Shown: piece after piece, positions 30,887 through 41,514 of the stretch | Position numbering within the stretch: the stretch's first letter is position 1 | How the letters are laid out: every line of letters begins with the position of its first letter | NCBI GenBank assembly: GCA_964619895.1 | Contig: CAZUFW010000001.1 | Coordinates: 965 to 64,964 of the forward strand | DNA length: 64,000 nucleotides | Source of the DNA: an uncultured Clostridia bacterium | Lineage (GTDB): Bacteria > Bacillota > Clostridia > Tissierellales > Proteiniboraceae | Direction: 5' to 3' | Notes under the pieces: model-generated | Told to the model about the DNA's origin: nothing | The model's input: the letters and a program-made list of their open reading frames with translations, nothing else | Databases searched by the model: none | Translations under genes and position numbers: made by a program

Positions 30887-32593
30887 TTACATTTTGATTT
30901 TAGAAATGCTGCTATGTAGATCTTCTGCTAGTCTAGCTAAATCGTTACTAGCTGAAGCTATCTCTTCCATTGATGCAGTTTGCTCCTCTGTGGCAGCTGA
31001 TACATTTTGTATTTGCCCTGATACTTCCTTGCTCATGTTTTCCAATTCAGTAGAAGAAGTAACTACATGCTCGCTTCCTTTAGCCACTTGATCTATGGAA
31101 TCAGCAATGAGAACTATTTGTTTATTAACTCTGCTCACTAAATCTGCAATGTTTTCAAAAGATTTTTCTGTAGTATTAACTATACTTATTCCTTTGTGAA
31201 CGTTAGCCATACCCTCTTCCATAGCAGCATTAGCTCTTTTTATGATTTCATCATTGTTCACTATGAGTTGGTGAATATCCTCAGTTGCTTTCTGAGATTC
31301 TTCTGCCAGTTTTCTAACTTCTTCTGCAACTACAGCAAAACCCCTTCCCTGGTCTCCAGCCCTTGCAGCCTCTATTGCTGCATTTAATGCTAGTAAATTT
31401 GTTTGTTCTGCAATATTTTGAATCAGGTTAGTCATATCATCCATCTTCTTTGAACTATTAGTGACTTCAGTTAGTGACTCTTTAACATTGTCTGTGCTCT
31501 CTGCTATTTTATTCATTTGTGAAATAACTTCTTTTATATCTTTTCTTCCAACATCGGTTTGTTCATAAGCTTCATTGCTTAAGCTGCTAATTTCTTCTAC
31601 ATTACTATGAACTTCTTGAATACTTGCGGATATTTGCTCCATAGAAGAAGTGATGTTTAGTATCTCCCTTAACTGTTTTTCTGAATTTTGCGCTACTTCT
31701 GTAGATGATACAGCTATACTTTCTGAAGCTATTGCTGATTGTTCAGAAGTTGCAGTTAATTCTCCAGAAGATGCTGCAACCTGTTCTGCTAATTGTATAA
31801 CACCAGTCACAAACCCTCTAAGATTATCTAATATAGCTTGGAAAGCTATTGATATCCTTCCTAATTCATCTTTTCTTTTTAATAGCCTATCCTCTACAGC
31901 CCTACTAATATCTAAATTAGCAATTTCTTCAGCACGCTTAGTTATTGCTTGTATAGGCTTTGCAATATATGAGCTAATTAATAGAGAAACTATTATAGCT
32001 ATAACTGCTGCTGCAATAGAAGTAGTAACCATAGACTTTTTAAGGTTATTTAATTCATGCAACACCTCATCTTCAGGTGCAGTAACTGCAACAGACCAGC
32101 CTGTTTTACCTATGGGAGCATATCCATTCATTTTGTTGGTACCTTGAAACGTGTATGAAGCTTGTCCAGTCTCTCCAGCCATCATTTTTTCAAAAAGAGC
32201 CGCTAAAGATTTATATTGAGAATCATCCTTCATGTTTCTATAGCTTATTTCATCTGACATGATCAAACTTTGATCGGGATGGGCTATAATATTACCTTCT
32301 TTATCTACGATAAAGGCATATCCAGTATCTTCATATTTAATATTGTTAACTATATGGGTTAATCCTTTTGCATCCATTGAGTTGGCAAGTTCTGCATATC
32401 TAGCAGTGCTTTTTGCTAGCTCAATTAAGCTTTCATTTGTATTATTTATCAAAGCCTGTCTAGCATTAAAGTAAGCAATTAATCCTAAGCTAACACATAT
32501 TATAACTATCAATAGTGTTAATATGAAGACAATTTTAGCCCCTAGACTTTTAATAGTAAATGTTTCTCTCCTTTTGTTTTCTCCATGTTCCAT
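30887..32593 (-). CDS. Methyl-accepting chemotaxis protein (TM-Cache-TM-HAMP-MA), paralog 1
   Basis: GYAFIVD Cache motif, [29 protein letters not shown] signalling tip. Confidence 0.95.
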   Translation of the reverse strand: MEHGENKRRETFTIKSLGAKIVFILTLLIVIICVSLGLIAYFNARQALINNTNESLIELAKSTARYAELANSMDAKGLTHIVNNIKYEDTGYAFIVDKEGNIIAHPDQSLIMSDEISYRNMKDDSQYKSLAALFEKMMAGETGQASYTFQGTNKMNGYAPIGKTGWSVAVTAPEDEVLHELNNLKKSMVTTSIAAAVIAIIVSLLISSYIAKPIQAITKRAEEIANLDISRAVEDRLLKRKDELGRISIAFQAILDNLRGFVTGVIQLAEQVAASSGELTATSEQSAIASESIAVSSTEVAQNSEKQLREILNITSSMEQISASIQEVHSNVEEISSLSNEAYEQTDVGRKDIKEVISQMNKIAESTDNVKESLTEVTNSSKKMDDMTNLIQNIAEQTNLLALNAAIEAARAGDQGRGFAVVAEEVRKLAEESQKATEDIHQLIVNNDEIIKRANAAMEEGMANVHKGISIVNTTEKSFENIADLVSRVNKQIVLIADSIDQVAKGSEHVVTSSTELENMSKEVSGQIQNVSAATEEQTASMEEIASASNDLARLAEDLHSSISKIKM

Positions 32594-32906
32594 TTACATT
32601 CCCCCTGAAAGTTTTTTATTGCTAGCTAGAAATATAGTTTAATTTATAAAGGCTGATGGTATAACCAAAAGCCCTATTTCAAAACTTAAATAATTATATA
32701 CCCCATAGTGAATATATTAACACTATAAAGCCTAAAATATTTATTAAACTTCTATAACGAAATTTATCACTATAATATACTTATGTAGTCCGTAATAAGA
32801 AGTTTTGTTAATTGTGTATTATTATATACAAATTAGTAATTATATGTCTATAATATCATATAACTCCATTAATTTCTATCTGTTATTGATAAAACATAAA
32901 CAACTG

Positions 32907-32958
32907 TTGACACATTAACGAAATTTAGTTAGAATTCTAATAGTAAGAATTCTAACTA
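32907..32958 (+). promoter_or_regulatory. Sigma-A promoter overlapped by tandem palindromic operator (probable MarR autoregulation)
   Basis: TTGACA-N17-TAGAAT; TAGTTAGAATTCTAA-TAGTAAGAATTCTAACTA holds two AGAATTCT-centred palindromes over the -10/+1. Confidence 0.7.
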
Positions 32959-32980
32959 TTTCTTTAAGCAGGTGGAAATT

Positions 32981-33424
32981 ATGAGTGAAGTAAAATTAAA
33001 GGAACTATATCCTCTTTTTCTTGAGTTTTTACCGCTGTTTCATCAAAAGGTCAGCTGTGCATTTCATAAGAATTGTGATGATTATAAATGCAATAAAAAC
33101 CAGCATAAAACAATAATGGTAATTGGAAACATGGGTAAAATAACTCCTACTATGCTTGGAAAATATTTAGATTTAAAAAAAGGAAGCCTAACTAGTTTAA
33201 TCGATTCGTTGGAAAGGATGAATCTTCTTGAAAGAGATATTGACCCCCACGATAGAAGAAAAACACTTCTTAAATTAACAGAGGAAGGTGAAATCTATTT
33301 TAAGTCTAAAAATGAGGAACTTGAAGCAAAATTACAACATATGTTCGAAGTACTAACGGAAGACGAGTTAGACACATTTATAAACAGCTTAAAAAACGTA
33401 GTTGATACATTAAAGTCATTATAG
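32981..33424 (+). CDS. MarR family regulator
   Basis: KGSLTSLIDSLE...DRRKTLLKLTEEG winged helix. Confidence 0.92.
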   Translation: MSEVKLKELYPLFLEFLPLFHQKVSCAFHKNCDDYKCNKNQHKTIMVIGNMGKITPTMLGKYLDLKKGSLTSLIDSLERMNLLERDIDPHDRRKTLLKLTEEGEIYFKSKNEELEAKLQHMFEVLTEDELDTFINSLKNVVDTLKSL

Positions 33425-33434
33425 GAGGTAATGC

Positions 33435-34793
33435 ATGGACAGAGCAAAATTATTAGGTGAAGAAAATATAGGAAAATTGTTACTAAAATTCTCCATACCG
33501 GCAATTGTAGGCATGATAGTTAATGCCCTTTATAATATTGTAGATAGAATTTTTATAGGAAATTTTGTTGACTCTTTAGGCTTAGCAGGTATTACTATAG
33601 CCTTTCCAATTATGATTATCCTTATGGCTTTTGCAATGCTCATAGGTGTAGGTGCTACTTCATTGATATCTATTAGGTTAGGTGAGAACAAAAAGGAAGA
33701 AGCAGAACTAATACTAGGAAACGCCATGGTATTATTTGTGATCTTTTCTATTTCAATTTCCATTCTTGGGTTAATATTTTTAGACCCTATTCTTAAGCTA
33801 TTTGGAGCAAGCCCACAAGTTTTGCCTTATTCCAGAGAATATTTAAGTATAATATTATTTGGTGCAGTATTCCAAACTATTGGATTTGGAATGAATAATT
33901 TTATTCGTGCAGAAGGCAATCCTAAAAGAGCTATGTCTACAATGCTAATAGGAGCTATACTTAATACAATACTTGATCCAATATTTATCATTGTCTTTAA
34001 TATGGGAATCAAGGGCGCAGCATTAGCCACTATTATTTCTCAGCTAGTCTCAGCAATATGGGTATTGAGTTACTTTTTTGGTAAAAGAAGCTCTCTTGTA
34101 GTAAGAAAAGAAAATTGGAGATTAGAATTACCCATTGTAAAAGGAATACTTGCAATTGGTTCTGCTCCCTTTGCAATGCAAGTTGCTGCTAGTGGAATAA
34201 CTACACTTTTGAATCATAGTCTTAAAACCTATGGTGGTGATTTAGCTATTTCAGCTTATGGTGCAATAAATAGCTTTGCAACTATATTGCTTATGCCTAT
34301 ATTCGGAATTAACCAAGGAGCTCAACCAATTATAGGATTTAACTATGGAGCAAAAAAATATGATAGAGTTAAAAAGACTTTATTGCTTGCAATCATAGCT
34401 GCTACTTCAGTAACAATAATTGGCTTTATTGTCACCAGAATATTCCCTACGCAGCTAGTAGCACTATTTAATAGAAAGGATAAAGAACTTATAGGAATCG
34501 GTGCTAATGGAATGAAAATATTCTTTACAATGCTTCCACTTATAGGGTTTCAAATTGTTAGTTCCAACTATTTTCAAGCTACAGGAAAGCCAAAACAATC
34601 AATGTTACTTAGCCTATCTAGGCAGGTTCTAATACTCATACCTGCTATATTAATATTACCTCGTTTTTTTGGTTTAAATGGAGTGTGGATGGCTGGACCA
34701 ACTTCTGATTTTTTCGCTTCTCTACTAACAGGTGCTTTTATTTTATATGAGTTGAAAAATTTACAAACAATGCATGATGAAAGTCAAGCTTAA
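33435..34793 (+). CDS. MATE efflux transporter (MepA-like)
   Basis: ALYNIVDRIFIG, NTILDPIFI, GAALATIISQ, QPIIGFNYGA. Confidence 0.93.
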   Translation: MDRAKLLGEENIGKLLLKFSIPAIVGMIVNALYNIVDRIFIGNFVDSLGLAGITIAFPIMIILMAFAMLIGVGATSLISIRLGENKKEEAELILGNAMVLFVIFSISISILGLIFLDPILKLFGASPQVLPYSREYLSIILFGAVFQTIGFGMNNFIRAEGNPKRAMSTMLIGAILNTILDPIFIIVFNMGIKGAALATIISQLVSAIWVLSYFFGKRSSLVVRKENWRLELPIVKGILAIGSAPFAMQVAASGITTLLNHSLKTYGGDLAISAYGAINSFATILLMPIFGINQGAQPIIGFNYGAKKYDRVKKTLLLAIIAATSVTIIGFIVTRIFPTQLVALFNRKDKELIGIGANGMKIFFTMLPLIGFQIVSSNYFQATGKPKQSMLLSLSRQVLILIPAILILPRFFGLNGVWMAGPTSDFFASLLTGAFILYELKNLQTMHDESQA

Positions 34794-34944
34794 CTTAAGT
34801 AATTTCAAGTAAAATTTTTGTAGCTGTTTTTATTGATTTTTCATTTTAATTCTTCAGCTAAAACTTGAAACAAAGCTAAAAAGGTTAGAAATTTCAAAAG
34901 AATGTTATTCATGAAATTTCTAACCTTTTTGTTTCTGATATTAA

Positions 34945-36651
34945 CTATAGCTTAACTCGAGCAATGCTTTGCTGTAGTTCTTCTGCTAGCTTAGCTAGAC
35001 TTTGGCTAGCTGAAGCTATTTCTTCCATAGACGCTGTCTGCTCCTCTGTAGCAGCTGACACGTTTTGTATTTGCCCAGACACTTCCTTACTCATATTTTC
35101 CAATTGGGTAGAAGAAGTAACTACCTGTTCACTTCCTTTAGCTACTTGATTTACTGACTCAGCTATGAAACCTATCTGTTCATTAACTTTTTTTACTAAA
35201 TCCGCTATATTCTCAAAGGTTTTTTCTGTAACATTAACTATATCTATTCCCCTGTTAACATTATCCATGCCTTTTTCCATAGCTATATTAGCTTTCTGGA
35301 TAATTTCATCATTGCTTGTTATCAATTCATATATATCTTCTGTTGCTTTTTGGGATTCTTCTGCCAGCTTTCTAACTTCTTCTGCAACTACTGCAAAACC
35401 TCTTCCTTGTTCTCCAGCTCTTGCAGCCTCTATTGCTGCATTTAATGCTAGTAAATTTGTTTGCTCTGCTATATTCTGAATCAAATTAGTCATGTCATTC
35501 ATCTTCTTTGAGCTATTAATAACTTCTCCTAATGATTCCCTAACATGATTTGTACTATTTGCTATGCTGTTCATTTGAGAAATGACTTCTTTAATATCAT
35601 CCTTGCCTTTGCTTGATTGGTTAAATGCTTCTTTACTTAAATTGTTGATTTCTTCTGTGTTGCTATATACTTCTTGAATACTTGCAGAAATCTGTTCCAT
35701 AGAAGATGTAACATCTAATATCTCTCTTAGTTGCTTTTCTGAATTTTGTGCTACCTCTGTAGATGAAGAAGCTACGCTTTGGGAAGCCATTGCTGATTGC
35801 TCAGAAATTGCAGTTAATTCCTCTGAAGATGCTGCAACCTGTTCTGCCGAATTCATGACACTAGATATAAAGTTTCTTAAATTATCTAATATAGTCTGAA
35901 AGGCTGTAGATATTCTCCCTATTTCATCATTTCTATTTAAGTAGTTCTTATGGATATCTTCGCTAATGTCTAGGTCGGCAATTTTCTCAGCCCGTTTTGT
36001 TATTGCAACTATTGGCTTTGAGATAGAAATACTAACTATTAATGAAATTATTATTCCTATGATTGCTGCTATTATAGACGTAATTATACTTGTATATCTC
36101 AGACTCTTTAATTCTCCCAATACTTCATCTTCTGGTGCAGTTACCGCAATAGACCAACCAGTATTTCCAATAGGGGCATATCCATTTAGTTTATTTGTGC
36201 CTTCAAATTTATATGCAGCTTCTCCTGTTTCACCAGCCATCATTTTTTTAAAAAGGGCTGCTAAAGATTTATACTTAGGATCGTTTTTCATATTTTCATA
36301 CTTAAATTCATCTGACATAATTAAGCTCTTGTCTCTATGGGCTATAATATTACCCTCTTTGTCTATAATGAAAGCATATCCAGTTCGAGCATATTTAATA
36401 TCTTCGACGGTATGGTTTAATGCATTTACGTCCTTTGAAGCAACAAGTTCTGCATATTTTGCTGCACTTCTTGCTAGCTGAATTAAATTATCATTTGTAT
36501 TATTCACTAAAGCTTTACTTGCACCAAAGTACATTATTAAACTTAAACTTACGCACATGATAAGTATTAATAGTGTTAATACTAAAGTTATTTTTGTGTT
36601 TAGACTTCTAAGCTGAAATGATTTTGAATTTTTAATTATTTCCTTTTTCAC
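34945..36651 (-). CDS. Methyl-accepting chemotaxis protein, paralog 2
   Basis: 568 aa, colinear and highly similar to 30887-32593. Confidence 0.95.
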   Translation of the reverse strand: MKKEIIKNSKSFQLRSLNTKITLVLTLLILIMCVSLSLIMYFGASKALVNNTNDNLIQLARSAAKYAELVASKDVNALNHTVEDIKYARTGYAFIIDKEGNIIAHRDKSLIMSDEFKYENMKNDPKYKSLAALFKKMMAGETGEAAYKFEGTNKLNGYAPIGNTGWSIAVTAPEDEVLGELKSLRYTSIITSIIAAIIGIIISLIVSISISKPIVAITKRAEKIADLDISEDIHKNYLNRNDEIGRISTAFQTILDNLRNFISSVMNSAEQVAASSEELTAISEQSAMASQSVASSSTEVAQNSEKQLREILDVTSSMEQISASIQEVYSNTEEINNLSKEAFNQSSKGKDDIKEVISQMNSIANSTNHVRESLGEVINSSKKMNDMTNLIQNIAEQTNLLALNAAIEAARAGEQGRGFAVVAEEVRKLAEESQKATEDIYELITSNDEIIQKANIAMEKGMDNVNRGIDIVNVTEKTFENIADLVKKVNEQIGFIAESVNQVAKGSEQVVTSSTQLENMSKEVSGQIQNVSAATEEQTASMEEIASASQSLAKLAEELQQSIARVKL

Positions 36652-36972
36652 TTTATATGCCTCCTAATAGTATATATTTGTCATTAGGTATTGATTTGAT
36701 TTTTGTATAAAATATATTATAGCTAGATTTTATTTAGAAATATGCCTATATGATACGATTAGTTAATGATAAAACGATGTGCGAATTTTGGAGAATAATC
36801 TAGAATTTGTAAACCATATGTCTAATATTAGCATATAGAAATATGATTTTTCCCTACATGTCATGTTTTTGTCAATGACAATTCATTGCTTTTTAAATGT
36901 TTATTAAACAAAAATAGGTATAGATATTAAAGTAATAATTACGCACTTAAAGATTATATTGGGGGTAGTTTT

Positions 36973-38628
36973 ATGGAAAGTGTTTTGGAATTTGGGGAAT
37001 GTTTAAAAATTATGCTCTCGTCTTTAAATATAACTTATAATCAATTAGCTAGAGGCATAAATGTAGATCCTTCTTTAGTAAGCAGATGGATAAACAATAA
37101 AAGAGTTCCTCCCTATAATTCTAATCATATTCAGAATATAGCTAAATATATTTCAAACAGCATAACAAATGGTCAACAGGAGCAAAGTATTACAGAAGTA
37201 ATATATATGTTTAATAGCAATAAAAAAAATGATAATTTCAAAAAAATGGAGGATAGATTAGAGAATATTTTATTAGTTGTCCAAGAATACTCTATTGAGC
37301 GAAGGAAAAGTATAGCAGTGGAAATTAATTCAAAATACTATAAAGCAAATTTCTCAGAAAAAAAATTTGCTTTAGCAAGCAATGGCAGTGACATATTACC
37401 CAATAATGATGAAATTAATATGTCGAATTATATGTTGTGCAATGAGTGCGTTGTAGTTGGGCAAAAACATATCTTGTCAAGCATAATAGATGTACTTGAT
37501 AAAGCCTCTAAAACTAATGGGGAACATTCAGAGCCTATTCTTATTACATTACATAATGGTGCCGAGCTTTTTTTATATAACCAAGATTTCTACAATCTTC
37601 TAGAAAATTTTTTCATACAAATTCTTGAAAATAATTGGAAAATAGTTATTACTTTGCTGTTAAAAGACGATATAAAAATTAATTTAAGGACTATAGGCTT
37701 TATTCAAAAATTTATTAAATATGAGAATTTTAGAGTTTATTATTTTAATGACATCAGTCGCCATACTAGAGGGACTGATGTCGTTATAGTTCCTAAAATT
37801 GGTGCAATAGTATGTTTATGTTTTTTAGACCATTCACATTATTCTTTTGATAATGCCTTTTATTTCAAAAGTCAAACAGCTATTGATGTACTTTTATATC
37901 ATTATTATAAGTCAGTTTCTTGCTCTTCTCCGTTAATTGTAGATCGCTTTTATAGTAGAGATGTTTTCTTTTGTAAGAGTAAAGCAGAAAACATGGGTAG
38001 GTTAGGAAATACGTATTTATACAGTAAAGGAATTGATTCATCAACTGTGCCTATGAAGCTTTATGAAAAATATCTTAAAATGCTTAGTTCAGCCAAAACA
38101 GAACTTGATAAAAAAGTTAAATATCATGAAAACAGTTTGCAAACATTTAATTTTAGTGTAAAAGCTTGTACATACAAAAATATCTACATAAAAGAAGACA
38201 TAGAAAATTTAATAGCTAGAAGGAACTCCCTATTAATTGATGGATATCCTATTCCATTGAAACAAAGCTTAGATAAAATTGATATTGTTGAGTATATTAA
38301 TCATGTCATATATTTATTAAAAAAGCATGACAATTATGAAATCGCATTGATAAGCAAGAAAAATAAAAATATACTACCAAACTTTTTTTTTGAAACTAAA
38401 GGGTTAAGCTCTTTATATATCAGTACAAGCAATTCTTTAGAAAGTACTAAAGCAAATACTTCAAAAAATCAAAAAGTAGCTTTTAGTTTTTTAATTAATG
38501 AGCCTATAATTGTTAAATCAGTAAATGAACTCTTTATAGACGCTTGGGGAGCAATTCCTAAGATTAAAAAAGATAAAAAGAATGTAATAGCATGGCTTGA
38601 AAATAGTTTGAATAATCTCTTACTATGA
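36973..38628 (+). CDS. Large XRE-type HTH protein with uncharacterised C-terminal region
   Basis: LARGINVDPSLVSRWINNKRVP helix-turn-helix; remainder not recognised. Confidence 0.7.
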   Translation: MESVLEFGECLKIMLSSLNITYNQLARGINVDPSLVSRWINNKRVPPYNSNHIQNIAKYISNSITNGQQEQSITEVIYMFNSNKKNDNFKKMEDRLENILLVVQEYSIERRKSIAVEINSKYYKANFSEKKFALASNGSDILPNNDEINMSNYMLCNECVVVGQKHILSSIIDVLDKASKTNGEHSEPILITLHNGAELFLYNQDFYNLLENFFIQILENNWKIVITLLLKDDIKINLRTIGFIQKFIKYENFRVYYFNDISRHTRGTDVVIVPKIGAIVCLCFLDHSHYSFDNAFYFKSQTAIDVLLYHYYKSVSCSSPLIVDRFYSRDVFFCKSKAENMGRLGNTYLYSKGIDSSTVPMKLYEKYLKMLSSAKTELDKKVKYHENSLQTFNFSVKACTYKNIYIKEDIENLIARRNSLLIDGYPIPLKQSLDKIDIVEYINHVIYLLKKHDNYEIALISKKNKNILPNFFFETKGLSSLYISTSNSLESTKANTSKNQKVAFSFLINEPIIVKSVNELFIDAWGAIPKIKKDKKNVIAWLENSLNNLLL

Positions 38629-38696
38629 CTATGTAAATCCTCTGTACAACTAATATTAGGCTTAATTTATAAAAAGCAAGTGAATTCACTTGCTTT

Positions 38697-39317
38697 TTAT
38701 AGCTTATGTTTTTTTACTATATTAATAAAATTTCTAATAAATCTAGCAGTCATTCCCCATATTACATAGTCACCATAGACGTAAAAATGTACAGGTTGTT
38801 TCCCTTTATGCCAATTATATTTCTTGCCATTTTGTATCATATGATATGGAAATTCATCGTCAGCAATAACTTCTAGCTTTGTATAATGTGTTTCTGGTTC
38901 ATTGTTTAGGAAAAAATTCAAGGGAACTGTAAATATATGATCTACTTCGTCCTCATTATATTTAATATGATCCACATCTAAATCCTCAAGTATGCCCACA
39001 AAGCCATATACTGCGCTGCTAGTAGATACTATGTAATCTAACTCTCCCAATAAGGTTATATTATTAGGATTAATGTTTAGTTCTTCACAAGTTTCTCTAA
39101 TAGCCCCTTCGCTAAAGCTTTCTCCTATCTCAACTTTTCCTCCTGGAAAGGATATTTCATTTGGTTGCCTATCCAGCTTTTCTGAACGAACTTCAAGTAG
39201 AATATTCCATTCATTATCTATAATTGTTAATGGCATTAGTATAGCATAATTATGTAATATTTCCATGGGCTTCCCTTGTCGTTTTTTGAACATTTGTTCA
39301 ATATAAGAAATATCCAA
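38697..39317 (-). CDS. Nudix hydrolase, CoA pyrophosphatase type
   Basis: EISFPGGKVE...AIRETCEELN Nudix box, NEDEV, IWGMTA. Confidence 0.92.
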   Translation of the reverse strand: MDISYIEQMFKKRQGKPMEILHNYAILMPLTIIDNEWNILLEVRSEKLDRQPNEISFPGGKVEIGESFSEGAIRETCEELNINPNNITLLGELDYIVSTSSAVYGFVGILEDLDVDHIKYNEDEVDHIFTVPLNFFLNNEPETHYTKLEVIADDEFPYHMIQNGKKYNWHKGKQPVHFYVYGDYVIWGMTARFIRNFINIVKKHKL

Positions 39318-39371
39318 CTAGACCACCTCGTTATAATACTATCATATTTCTTGTTTTACTCCAATGCTACT

Positions 39372-39482
39372 AAGAAAAGCTTCTAACAAAGTGTTATTAA
39401 ATCAAGGAAGCTTTTCTTGAAACTCATTGACGGAAAGTGCTTTAAGCAAAAATGCTATAGTAGAACTTTCCTATTCGTTATA
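39372..39482 (+). repeat. ~110-bp dispersed two-hairpin repeat, copy 1
   Basis: AAGAAAAGCTTC...GAAGCTTTTCTT-GAAACTCATT-..-GGAAAGT...AGAACTTTCC-TATTCGTTATA; shared with 41398-41501 and 47423-47533. Confidence 0.85.
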
Positions 39483-39578
39483 AAAATAATAGCAGAGAAC
39501 AAGTCTCCGCTATATTTTCAATAATTTGCTTTTATTCATATTCCTATTATAACCTTTTCTATGTAAAAAAATAGTTTG

Positions 39579-40100
39579 TTATAATAGTTCGTCCCCTTCA
39601 TGCCAATCAATAGGGCATAAACCGCCGGTTTTTAATGCTTTTAGTACTCTTATGGTTTCATCTACACTTCTGCCTATTCCAAGATCATGAACCACTGAGT
39701 ATCTAACTTTTCCTTCTGGATCAATAATAAATAGTCCTCTAAGAGCAATTCCTTCTTCTTCTATTAACACTCCGTAATCCTTTGAAGCAGTCCTTGTTCT
39801 GTCTGATGCCAATGGGAACTTTAGCTTACCTAAATCTCCCTGTATCCAAGCCTTATGAGAATGCTCACTATCTGTACTTATAGCTAAAACTTCTGCTCCA
39901 GCAGCTTTAAATTCTTCGTACCTATCACTATAGGCTCTTATCTCTGTCGGTCAAACGAAGGTGAAGTCAAGAGGATAGAAAAACATAACTAACCATTTAC
40001 CTTTATAGTCACTAAGTTTAACTTCTCCAAAATCCTCACCATTAGGCATAACTGCATTTAGTTTAAAATCTAGAGCTGGTTTCCCAACTATTCTTTCCAT
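39579..40100 (-). CDS. prxU: Selenocysteine-containing 2-Cys-type peroxiredoxin (173 aa)
   Basis: ORF track shows only the last 77 aa. From ATG 40100 (AAGGAGG RBS): ...[17 protein letters not shown]-[TGA 39951-39953]-PTEI...GGLCPIDW; TGA replaces the peroxidatic Cys of FTFVCPTE. Confidence 0.93.
39920..39935 (-). promoter_or_regulatory. Candidate SECIS hairpin of prxU
   Basis: GCCTAT-AGTG-ATAGGT stem-loop starting 15 nt after the UGA. Confidence 0.65.
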
Positions 40101-40145
40101 TTAGCTTCCTCCTTATGTTTAAATATAATAGTCTTTAATATATTT

Positions 40146-40171
40146 ATTCCCTAATGAATCCTTTTTAAACA
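40146..40171 (-). promoter_or_regulatory. Sigma-B-like promoter of prxU
   Basis: Minus strand TGTTT-N15-GGGAAT. Confidence 0.5.
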
Positions 40172-40221
40172 TAAGGTATATTTGATTCCTTCTTTATTCC
40201 CTATTTATGTATTATAATACT

Positions 40222-41364
40222 TTATTTATTACTCTCTTCGTTTAATTCTTCAACTCTCTGTTTTACCCTAATATAAAGTCTTTCATTTTTTTTCTTCATA
40301 TTCTCATAATATTTTTTCAAATTTCCATCAAAAGTAAGTGCTTCTCCAAAGGCTATAGTCTCCAAAGCCTGCCTCACTTTATTCACTACATAATTTTCAT
40401 CCATATTATAGTCATACCTTATTAAATGAGATATAGTTAATGCTAAAGCTTCAACAACTTTTCCCTGCTCAAAATTCTTTGTATTATATTTTGGCAGGTC
40501 TTCCCACTCTGGAGGCAAAATATATGTTCCTTCCTCTGTAGCAGATTTCAAAGCTCTTTTTGTAAAACCAACAAGACATTTTCCTCCCATACATTTTCCA
40601 CATTTAGCTTCTCCTAAACATATGTTTTCAACAGCTTTTTTAATTTCATTGGCCTGAATATATAGAGTAGCAGCAGCCTCTTGCATAGGAAGTCTTTTTC
40701 CTAACTTTCTTGCTTTTATAATCGGTTTCAACAGCAAATACACAGATATAGATAAAAGAATAAAGTAAAGTGCAATATTGAATCCTGATAAATAGTTTTT
40801 AGGAAGGGTTTGAAACAATTTTAAAGTACCGAAAAATAGAAAAATTCCAGATGAAACAACTTTTATTGCAAATTCAGGAACTTTTTCTCCGATTATGCTT
40901 CCCACAAATATTCCTAAGCCACTTGTGGCTAACATTCCAAGTACTGTTCCAAATAAAACAAAAATAGGATAATTTGCATCTGTAGCCAATGTCATTGCCG
41001 TAAGCTGTGTTTTATCTCCTAGCTCTCCTACAAAGAATGCTAAGGCTACAGTCAAAACTGGTCCAAATCTTTTCTTAGATTCTTTTTCATCATCGTCTTC
41101 TTCGTGGTTTCTTAAGGTCCACAATCCAAATACAATAAACATTATTCCTGCAGCCATTTGTATCTTATCTAATGGAATTACACTTGATAAATAAGAGCCT
41201 AAGGCTATGGCTATACCATGATTTAGTGCTGCGCCAATTAAGACCCCTAATAAAACCTTTTGGACCTTGTACTGTGTTGCAAATGTCATTGCTAATATTT
41301 GTGTCTTGTCTCCCATTTCTGCCGCAAAAATAAAGAAAAAAGCCTTTAAAAGTTCCCTTACCAT
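40222..41364 (-). CDS. TMEM165/GDT1 (UPF0016) cation transporter with Cys-rich C-terminal extension
   Basis: Two E-x-G-D-K-T motifs (EMGDKTQ, ELGDKTQ); about 160-aa soluble tail containing CLGEAKCGKCMGGKC. Confidence 0.9.
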   Translation of the reverse strand: MVRELLKAFFFIFAAEMGDKTQILAMTFATQYKVQKVLLGVLIGAALNHGIAIALGSYLSSVIPLDKIQMAAGIMFIVFGLWTLRNHEEDDDEKESKKRFGPVLTVALAFFVGELGDKTQLTAMTLATDANYPIFVLFGTVLGMLATSGLGIFVGSIIGEKVPEFAIKVVSSGIFLFFGTLKLFQTLPKNYLSGFNIALYFILLSISVYLLLKPIIKARKLGKRLPMQEAAATLYIQANEIKKAVENICLGEAKCGKCMGGKCLVGFTKRALKSATEEGTYILPPEWEDLPKYNTKNFEQGKVVEALALTISHLIRYDYNMDENYVVNKVRQALETIAFGEALTFDGNLKKYYENMKKKNERLYIRVKQRVEELNEESNK

Positions 41365-41397
41365 TTATGTACCTCCTTAATTTAATACGGTAATTAT

Positions 41398-41501
41398 AAA
41401 AAAGGCTTCTATCGAGGTGTTATATGGTAGCCTTTTTTGAAACTCATTTACGGAAAGTTCTTGGTATAAGTCATTAAAGTAGAACTTTCCTATTCGTTAT
41501 A
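41398..41501 (+). repeat. ~110-bp dispersed two-hairpin repeat, copy 2
   Basis: AAAAAGGCTTC...GTAGCCTTTTTT-GAAACTCATT-TAC-GGAAAGTTCT...AGAACTTTCC-TATTCGTTATA. Confidence 0.85.
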
Positions 41502-41514
41502 GAAAACGAGAGTA

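Noticed and set aside
39579-40100. Peroxiredoxin as a nonsense pseudogene
   Set aside because: The only stop is TGA exactly at the catalytic Cys with a downstream hairpin, which fits Sec much better.
39372-41501. 110-bp repeat as a hammerhead ribozyme (ATGAG and GAAA-like blocks)
   Set aside because: The CUGANGA and GAAA core elements do not occur in the right order on one strand.
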